This document shows, piece by piece, positions 57,305-64,000 of a DNA stretch of 64,000 bases (position 1 is its first letter; every line of letters starts with the position of its first letter). A program made the position numbers and the translations under genes. This DNA comes from a virus (Duplodnaviria; Heunggongvirae; Uroviricota; Caudoviricetes), in the IMG/VR virus record IMGVR_UViG_3300028833_002727. One strand, 5' to 3'. The notes under the pieces were generated by a model that saw only the letters and a list, made by a program, of their open reading frames with translations, had not been told where the DNA came from and made no database searches.

Positions 57305-60300
57305 TGTTTCAACTTCAGCAGCCTCATTTAACTGTTTCTCTTTTTCTTCGAGTAAATCAACCAAGTTCGCTAAAGTTGCAAGTACAACGTCAGGATATTC
57401 TTTACAAACGAAATCACCGTTTACTGGGTTAATATCTGCAATCTTTGTTAGTGATTCTGGTATTTCACCTTCTTCTAACAAATCATCAATTTCACCTATA
57501 GACAATTTGTTCAATTCTTTTTCGAATTTCTCACGCGTAGCATCAACGCCAAGACGTTTTTCCTCAGCCTTACGATGAATGTAATCTTGTTGAATACCTT
57601 CCCAAGTGCCCATTCCACATTCTTCAATAAATGGTGGTACTAATCCATATTCCATCCAGAATTTTATTTCCTTGTCTTCCATTGTCATAAGTTGTTCATA
57701 TGTATCCTGGTCGCTTGTCTTATAAGGTTGTCCAGAACTCATCTGACACTCTTCTTCCGTAAAATATTGTCTATTTTCCGGATTTGTAACAACTATTCTA
57801 TCACGAATAGACTTATCGAAACATACAAGTAATGGTTTAATACGTTTATTGAACATATCTATGTATTTTGCAACATTGTATTCAATTCCATTGTCATCAT
57901 CACACAAGACATCACTTTCACTTTCAACAATTTCTCTTGGTACAAGAATACAATTCATTATAACCTCTTCTGTCGTGTAGTAACCAGGATATTCCGTGGC
58001 AATCCATTTTTGTTTGTCAAGAACTGGAGCACCGATTTTCATACCGCATTCTTTCTTGTATTTTTTGTAGCCACTATCTATTTTGTTGGAGAATTCAATT
58101 TCATTTCCATCAAAATCTTTATAGTAGTAATGTGTTACTTTTTTGACATCAGAATGTGACTTACTCTTACCAGTATTTACATAGTATATGGTATCACCAT
58201 TATCAACATGCAAATCGTTGGCAATAGCTAATTCATACCATGCCTGTCTTGATTTTGGGCGCCCAGCCTTGGTTACCTGTTTTATATCTTCTAAGTATTC
58301 CTTAACACTTTTCTTAATTTTTCCCTTTGTTGCAATGTCACGAATAGGAATTTGGTAATTATAAATCTTCGCCAAATATTCGTAGTAGAACTCAATGAAT
58401 TGAGCACCTTCACCACGTAGCAACTGTCTAATTGCTGTATCAAGGAAAATCTCGATATATTGAGGCATCTTCTTCGATTTGATGGTATTGCCTACAAGTT
58501 TTACATCTTCAGGATATGTCTTGTCTGGGAAATAGTCCGCATAGTTCTTACGGGAGAAGTTAATAGTTGAACTAACAACGTCATCAATACCTAAACCCAT
58601 TTTGTTTACTGCACTTGGCGAGTAGTGGAAATCTTTCATGTACATATCGTTGAACTCAGCAACATCAGCAGCAAATCCTGTATATGCTTTACCTTCTTTT
58701 ACCTCACGGTTTAACCCTTTACCGATGTAAGGGTTCTCTTCGGTATATCTATACGTTTTAGGTATTTGGAAGTTGAAACCATCAGTATCACCTACAATTG
58801 GTTCATATCCCAAATCATGGAAATGACTAATCATTAAACGTAGGCATTGACGCCCAGTACAAGTTGTTTGTTCAGCACATTTTTTGGATTTCCACGGGAA
58901 TACAGCGCCATTGTTAGAACCATAACTACCGAAGAACGAGTTACCAAGTTTTTTAACAACCGCTTGGTTATTATCATTAACTTTGAAATCATTTTTAGCA
59001 GCCTCATATTCAGCCAATTGTTCTTTGAGTAATTGAATACCATGAGTTAATTGTTTCTCATACTCATCAACAATATTTTCTGCCGCTTTCTTGAGTTTCT
59101 TGTATTTCTCACGGTTAGTCAATACGTATTCAAGCATATGTAACATTGCTTGCATCAAGTCAGTATCATCAGAAATACCCCAAGTTAAAATAATAGACGG
59201 ATAAAGTGAGTTGTAGTCCAATTTTACTACATCTCTAACATAGCCTACTCGCAAAAGACGTGATAAACCACCTGTAAAAGCACCTGTATTTGCTGCTAAT
59301 GGGATTGCTAAGTCGTTTTCATAACTCCACGCCAACATAATAGCCTTCCATTGTCCAGCCGTACCCATTGTTGTACACTTTGAGAATGGTTCAGGAATAA
59401 TTTTTGCTAACATGAAGTCAGTACCATTGTAACTATATTCAACTCTGTCACATTCCCAAATATCATCCAAAAGGTAGCGGTTAATGATATATTCACCTGT
59501 TACAACTTCATAACCATCTGCAAGATAGTTACGCTTGTACATAACAAATGGTTTATCACTAACTTTACCTTTCTTAAATTCAGTCTCTTTACTATCTGGT
59601 AATGTTTCATCATACAAATACCAGTCACCATCCGTATCATTGAAAGCATATTTATTGACGGTATCCGTCAATATTTTATCAATATCTTGTCCTGGAGTAT
59701 ACACACGGTTATCTTTCTTGATACCGAGGAAGCCACTAATATACTTCAAATCAGCACGTTTAATAGAACTGTTGGTTGCTTGTGCCCTACGTACAGCGTG
59801 CATTGAATCAGTTACCGTTGTATCTGGAACAATGGTACGATAGAATTTCTCTACCTCACCACCAAGTTTCAATGTGCTCTCGCGTGTTTCCTTATGTATA
59901 AACTCATCATGGAAATATTTTTTGGACATTTCCTCGATACTTGTACCTAACATTTCACAACGAACAATAATAAAGTTCCAGTCGAAGTTTTCACCGTTAT
60001 GTGCGGTGATGATGTCAGGTTTGAATGTGTATATAAGTTTCAAGAATAAATCAATAACTTCCAATTCCGATTTATTCTTTTCTTCTTCTGTATTACCACT
60101 GATTTTGAAAATTCTACCCCAATTCTTATATGTTTTACCATTGATGGTAACAGGACGATTTAAACGGACACCGTTAAGTTTCAAACGATGTCTTTTCGGG
60201 TCGAGTCCTTCCGTTTCCAAGTCGAATGCCATACGTAACAACTGGTCGTAGTCCGTATAACCCTTGAAAAAACGTTTACCTGTTGAAATTAGAAATTGTT

Positions 60301-60784
60301 CTTGGGGTGTTACTGTTAAGTATTGACGGTTTTTATCTCTATTCACAAGAGATTTATCGTCATCTTTCTTATCTGAATATACTGGGTTTCCTGCCCATTT
60401 GAAGAAACGAAGAAAGTCACTATACGACATCCTATTTTTGGCATAGAACAAAAACAAATATCCATCGTCAAACTCATGGCGAACCTCACCAAGACTATTT
60501 GTGTTATTTAAACGTTTAACACCTATTTGGAATTTATTGAGAAGTTTTTTTACCTCATTTCTATTACCACCACATAGTTTGTTACATGCCTCGTATGTAG
60601 CCCAAAGGAACGGGAAAAATGGTTCGTCTTTTACACATTTTCTATCCTGCTCATCTCTGTAGAATACGCTGATGAAATCATTTTTATAAGAATAGGATAG
60701 ATTTACTATTCGTTCTTGAGGGTCTCTACCCTCCATAAATTTAGCAATGTCCTCTTGCGAGATTTTAAGTTTTCTTTCTTCCAT
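57278..60784 (-). CDS. polB: Family B DNA polymerase with 3'-5' exonuclease
   Basis: FDLETEG (ExoI), HNGENFD (ExoII), YLLDD (ExoIII), LDYNSLYPSI, KKLGNSFFG, GDTDG. Confidence 0.97.
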   Translation of the reverse strand: MEERKLKISQEDIAKFMEGRDPQERIVNLSYSYKNDFISVFYRDEQDRKCVKDEPFFPFLWATYEACNKLCGGNRNEVKKLLNKFQIGVKRLNNTNSLGEVRHEFDDGYLFLFYAKNRMSYSDFLRFFKWAGNPVYSDKKDDDKSLVNRDKNRQYLTVTPQEQFLISTGKRFFKGYTDYDQLLRMAFDLETEGLDPKRHRLKLNGVRLNRPVTINGKTYKNWGRIFKISGNTEEEKNKSELEVIDLFLKLIYTFKPDIITAHNGENFDWNFIIVRCEMLGTSIEEMSKKYFHDEFIHKETRESTLKLGGEVEKFYRTIVPDTTVTDSMHAVRRAQATNSSIKRADLKYISGFLGIKKDNRVYTPGQDIDKILTDTVNKYAFNDTDGDWYLYDETLPDSKETEFKKGKVSDKPFVMYKRNYLADGYEVVTGEYIINRYLLDDIWECDRVEYSYNGTDFMLAKIIPEPFSKCTTMGTAGQWKAIMLAWSYENDLAIPLAANTGAFTGGLSRLLRVGYVRDVVKLDYNSLYPSIILTWGISDDTDLMQAMLHMLEYVLTNREKYKKLKKAAENIVDEYEKQLTHGIQLLKEQLAEYEAAKNDFKVNDNNQAVVKKLGNSFFGSYGSNNGAVFPWKSKKCAEQTTCTGRQCLRLMISHFHDLGYEPIVGDTDGFNFQIPKTYRYTEENPYIGKGLNREVKEGKAYTGFAADVAEFNDMYMKDFHYSPSAVNKMGLGIDDVVSSTINFSRKNYADYFPDKTYPEDVKLVGNTIKSKKMPQYIEIFLDTAIRQLLRGEGAQFIEFYYEYLAKIYNYQIPIRDIATKGKIKKSVKEYLEDIKQVTKAGRPKSRQAWYELAIANDLHVDNGDTIYYVNTGKSKSHSDVKKVTHYYYKDFDGNEIEFSNKIDSGYKKYKKECGMKIGAPVLDKQKWIATEYPGYYTTEEVIMNCILVPREIVESESDVLCDDDNGIEYNVAKYIDMFNKRIKPLLVCFDKSIRDRIVVTNPENRQYFTEEECQMSSGQPYKTSDQDTYEQLMTMEDKEIKFWMEYGLVPPFIEECGMGTWEGIQQDYIHRKAEEKRLGVDATREKFEKELNKLSIGEIDDLLEEGEIPESLTKIADINPVNGDFVCKEYPDVVLATLANLVDLLEEKEKQLNEAAEVETEKEIASVA

Positions 60785-60834
60785 ATTTTATCGTTTTTAC
60801 TAAACCGCATTCCACGGTTATTATTCTTCAACAA

Positions 60835-60866
60835 TAAATATACACAAAATAATCATTAAAAACAAA
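60835..60866 (-). promoter_or_regulatory. Promoter-like TTTG-N20-TATATTTA upstream of the polymerase
   Basis: Host-type spacing with a G-to-A change in the -7 box; overlaps TATTTAT at 60834-60840. Confidence 0.55.
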
Positions 60867-60895
60867 AAAGCGAAGAAAAAATCTTCGCCTTATTG

Positions 60896-61438
60896 TTAAA
60901 AGTTTAAATCCAACGGATACCTATCATCTTCCCAATCATCATCAGAATTGTCGTCGCCATTTTCATCATAATTACCTTCTTCATCAAATCCTTCTTCGTC
61001 TTTATCTTCCTCATTTTCGGGTTTTTCTGGCGGTACATAACCTGGTTTATCTTCCTCAAAATCTAAACCAAGAATATGTAACTGATCCACAACATCACTA
61101 TATTTTTCACCAAACGGAACAATAAACCTATGTTCAGGGTAATCATCCAATCCGTTAATATCTTGAAAACACAACGCAATACATCCGTCAATACAATCTT
61201 GCATTGAGAAACACGTATTCTCTTGCGCACATATTAACCTCATATCAGTTTTCAAGTGACGTATTTCGGAATAACTTGATTCTTCTGGCGTTACATCACC
61301 GCACGCTGCTGGACACATAACATACCAATAATCACCAAATGTTACTTCCGGCGTCTCTGAAAAGAAAAACTCATACTCATATACATCTTGTGAATTATGC
61401 CCTACAGGATATACATATACTAAACTTAACTCTTTCAT
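60896..61438 (-). CDS. Hypothetical protein with an acidic tail
   Basis: Clean ORF; FSMQDCIDGCIAL motif. Confidence 0.8.
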   Translation of the reverse strand: MKELSLVYVYPVGHNSQDVYEYEFFFSETPEVTFGDYWYVMCPAACGDVTPEESSYSEIRHLKTDMRLICAQENTCFSMQDCIDGCIALCFQDINGLDDYPEHRFIVPFGEKYSDVVDQLHILGLDFEEDKPGYVPPEKPENEEDKDEEGFDEEGNYDENGDDNSDDDWEDDRYPLDLNF

Positions 61439-61743
61439 CTTGGTTTTCTTGCGTTTTTAAGTTGCTCTTCAAACCACTTTTTGTGATTTTGAAAAGACTC
61501 TCTTATAATTTCATCTCTATGTTCTTTAATGTATTCTAAACCCTCTTCTTTAGTTAAAAAAACATACTTTTCTGGTTTATCGTAAATACCATATGTATCA
61601 GTTCCAGAACCATGATAATAGCCATTTTCAATCTTTGTTATTTGAAACGGTAATAGATACGGTTCGTTAACTGGTTCATTTGCTTTACCATATACGCTAT
61701 GTTCTAAACACCAACAAACGTCATCAATTTTTATGTCTTTCAT
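61435..61743 (-). CDS. Hypothetical protein
   Basis: Clean ORF overlapping both neighbours. Confidence 0.7.
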   Translation of the reverse strand: MKDIKIDDVCWCLEHSVYGKANEPVNEPYLLPFQITKIENGYYHGSGTDTYGIYDKPEKYVFLTKEEGLEYIKEHRDEIIRESFQNHKKWFEEQLKNARKPR

Positions 61744-62254
61744 ATTTACACATTTGTTTTCTTTTCTTTTTATTTTTCTTTACCCTTTTAGTAATTACTT
61801 GACAAAGCAATGCTGTTACTTCTGCTTCAGCATCAATTTTCTCCCCACTTTCAAGCATTCTTTCGCATTTCCTCCAGATTGATGGGAATAATTTTTTATA
61901 TAGTTTATGTAGACGTTTTGGTTCTAACACAACACCACGGCTATATAATCTCCTGATTGTTGGGAATACAATTGTATCGAAATATTTATCATCCTCACAA
62001 TATGTGCTGCTGCCACTCCACACAAGTTGAGCATCACTTATATCAACTTTAGTATTTTCCTTATAGTTAAGTAAATATCGAACCATAGCATCAAAAGCAT
62101 TTGAGCATATGATTTCACCATCATCTGATAAACCTCGTGTAAATCCTAAATCATACCATAAATTTAACACTACTGAATTTGGTGTGTTTAATTCATCCGA
62201 ATCAATAATGTTGTATGTATAATCTTGTGATATATATTCAATTAAATTCGTCAT
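61724..62254 (-). CDS. Miniature paralogue of the major capsid protein
   Basis: W..LGFTRGL, DAQ...SGS, F.T.VFP..RR..SR and IDAEAE.TA.L are shared in order with the MCP at 24792. Confidence 0.85.
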   Translation of the reverse strand: MTNLIEYISQDYTYNIIDSDELNTPNSVVLNLWYDLGFTRGLSDDGEIICSNAFDAMVRYLLNYKENTKVDISDAQLVWSGSSTYCEDDKYFDTIVFPTIRRLYSRGVVLEPKRLHKLYKKLFPSIWRKCERMLESGEKIDAEAEVTALLCQVITKRVKKNKKKRKQMCKYERHKN

Positions 62255-64000
62255 TTTTCGTTTTCTGTCTTGATTACTTTGTCAATTATCAATTGTTTTC
62301 GTAGAACAATATCCCACATGTGTTGATATTGTGTGTTTCTAAATATCTGATAATATATGTCAACTTCTTTTGTTTGCCCTATTCTGTGTATTCTATCTTC
62401 CATTTGCCTATTATCACCTGCGACAAATGACATATTATTGAATATAAGTGATTTAGCAACTACAAGGGTTAGTCCCACCCCGCAAGCGTCCATATTTCCG
62501 ATAAGTACTTTTATTTCAGGATTATCAATGAATGCGTATTTATTTTTCTCTTTTTCTTTTGGTGTACATTTACCATTGATAATTACCGCCTGTTTACCAT
62601 AGTATTCTTTTAAAGTATACAATTCTTCATCATAGCAAGTAGCAATAATCACTTTATCTTCAGTTTCAAGTATCTTATCTGCAAGTTTAATGGTGTTGCT
62701 AACCATTTCATTAGATAAATACTTTCTATATATACCACCTTCAAGCAAATCTTTATTTAACTCTTTTTCAGGATCAGCGGTTAACTGCGCTTCCTCATAT
62801 TCATCCCAGAGTTTGTTGTATTCAGATAATTGTTGTGGCGATAAATCATAGAATACTTCATGTACGTTTTTACCAGGTAACGTTAGTACATCATCTTTTA
62901 CACGACGTAAATATAAATGTGAAATACATTCCTTCAATTCATCAAGGTTTGATGCTCCATTTGCCTTTAATAATTTATCAGCATGGTCGTTTATATATGT
63001 ACGCATTTCATCATATTCATCGGACGTTAGTTCACGCACCAATTGTTTCGCATTTTCGTTAACATATTTCATTAACTCCTTCTGATCAGCAAGTGGTTTT
63101 TCCTTCAATTGTTTCCCAAATAAGAAATCAATCTTCCATTTATCGTATTCACCTGGTTTGTATATAAGTTCTGCTTCACAATATCTATATTTGTAAGCAT
63201 CCATATCACATGTAACTTGGTTCTCAATTAAATGTAGAATATAGAACAAATTCAATGGATTATTTGTAATAGGTGTACCTGTTGCAAGGAATACAGAGTC
63301 TGGGTTTGCCTTTTTAATTAACCCTTGTATTACCTTGTAACGTTGCGATTTATTGTTTGATAATCTGTGTGCCTCATCAACGATTAAACACGATTTCTTT
63401 TTGTGAATATATTTCAAAATTGGGCTATTATCTAACACACGTTTTTTTGATTCTTCGGTGTAAGCACGGGAGAAATCATAGAACTCATCCAAAATATCAT
63501 AGTTTACAATAACGAAGCGGTTTTCACGCCATTTACCCTTCTCTTTAGCCTCTTTAATGAGTTCAGTTTTTTTCATTTTTGTTTTACCAACAGGGTATCC
63601 GAGAAAAGTTTCAAGTTCATCTTTCTTCATTTTCTCGAAACCACCCTCAACAATTGTAATATCTCTTTCTGGTACATACCACATCAACTCTCTTTTCCAA
63701 TCGTTTTTCAATGTGGCTGGACAAATGATTAACACAGAGTCAAAATTACCCTCAATTGCCGCTACGGATAGTTCACAGGTGTTATGAGTTACAACATAAT
63801 TTTTTGATGTCAAATAGGTATTATCACATGAGTTCACCATTAAACATGTTGCATCTTCGTTTCTATTATATTCAACAGATTTAATACGTTTTGTACAATA
63901 TTTTTTAAATGTTGGTTTATATCTATCTCTTTTTCTTTTTAAATAAAATGGGTTATCTTTTATTTGTATTAAAACTTGATATTCTAAACCTTTATTTATG
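62251..64000 (-). CDS. SNF2-family helicase (C-extein), interrupted by an intein; 5' part lies outside the window
   Basis: LIICPATLKNDW..E, IVDEAH, ATGTPITN, GVGLTL, QMEDRIHRIGQ; the frame is open to the window end. Confidence 0.93.
   Translation of the reverse strand, partial: INKGLEYQVLIQIKDNPFYLKRKRDRYKPTFKKYCTKRIKSVEYNRNEDATCLMVNSCDNTYLTSKNYVVTHNTCELSVAAIEGNFDSVLIICPATLKNDWKRELMWYVPERDITIVEGGFEKMKKDELETFLGYPVGKTKMKKTELIKEAKEKGKWRENRFVIVNYDILDEFYDFSRAYTEESKKRVLDNSPILKYIHKKKSCLIVDEAHRLSNNKSQRYKVIQGLIKKANPDSVFLATGTPITNNPLNLFYILHLIENQVTCDMDAYKYRYCEAELIYKPGEYDKWKIDFLFGKQLKEKPLADQKELMKYVNENAKQLVRELTSDEYDEMRTYINDHADKLLKANGASNLDELKECISHLYLRRVKDDVLTLPGKNVHEVFYDLSPQQLSEYNKLWDEYEEAQLTADPEKELNKDLLEGGIYRKYLSNEMVSNTIKLADKILETEDKVIIATCYDEELYTLKEYYGKQAVIINGKCTPKEKEKNKYAFIDNPEIKVLIGNMDACGVGLTLVVAKSLIFNNMSFVAGDNRQMEDRIHRIGQTKEVDIYYQIFRNTQYQHMWDIVLRKQLIIDKVIKTENEK
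63781..64000 (-). mobile_element. Intein, C-terminal end
   Basis: KRIKSVEY...EDATCLMV...DNTYL...YVVTHN followed by Thr (+1), which fits the Walker A GK/T insertion site. Confidence 0.92.

Larger units (their letters stand above)
1052..60840. promoter_or_regulatory. Dispersed oriented motif (G/A)TATTTAT(A/T), putative late promoter (24 copies listed)
   Basis: Plus strand: 1052, 6237, 7488, 9043, 11376, 19536, 20337, 23124, 23162, 29281, 29301, 33027, 34020, 36090, 39073, 40686, 55161. Minus strand: 6207, 27175, 29180, 40597, 46801, 55122, 60834. All are intergenic and, except 40597, face a start codon. Confidence 0.8.

Noticed and set aside
1-64000. Genome-wide stop-codon recoding (as in TAG-recoded Lak and crAss-like phages)
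   Set aside because: Core genes are full length in the standard code; TAG, TGA and especially TAA all end genes at sensible positions. Only two isolated in-frame TAA cases were seen.
1-64000. tRNA/rRNA genes
   Set aside because: No cloverleaf or T-loop (GTTCRA) context was found in intergenic regions by eye; tRNAscan-SE would be needed to exclude them fully.

Overview
This is a 64-kb, AT-rich segment of a T4-related jumbo (myo-type) phage genome in the standard genetic code. The host is probably a Bacteroidota species: there is a canonical TTTG-N20-TAnnTTTG promoter, start regions are A/T-rich with no Shine-Dalgarno, and a BspA-type LRR gene is present. The window holds the head module (prohead protease, scaffold, major capsid protein, terminase, neck, portal), baseplate-like genes, a gp55-like sigma factor, a family B DNA polymerase, a UvrD-like helicase, an intein-containing SNF2 helicase and about ten glycosyltransferase domains. 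Six patterns stand out. (1) About 14 otherwise unrelated proteins share a leader of the form K.I.L(T/N)E.QL+.II.E, a candidate capsid-loading and protease-cleavage tag; the tagged cargo includes GNAT, 3D, SprT, ART-like and AEP-like domains. (2) A 176-aa miniature paralogue of the major capsid protein lies among the replication genes. (3) S-G-x-T motifs are concentrated in structural proteins, and the genome carries late-expressed multi-domain glycosyltransferases, suggesting virion glycosylation. (4) An A-AAA-AAG-stop site would extend a head protein by -1 frameshifting. (5) An oriented TATTTAT motif precedes most structural operons, and one copy points to a gene-less ~90-nt unit that may be an sRNA. 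(6) Two genes are each interrupted by a single in-frame TAA. All family calls come from motif recognition by eye; no database searches were run.
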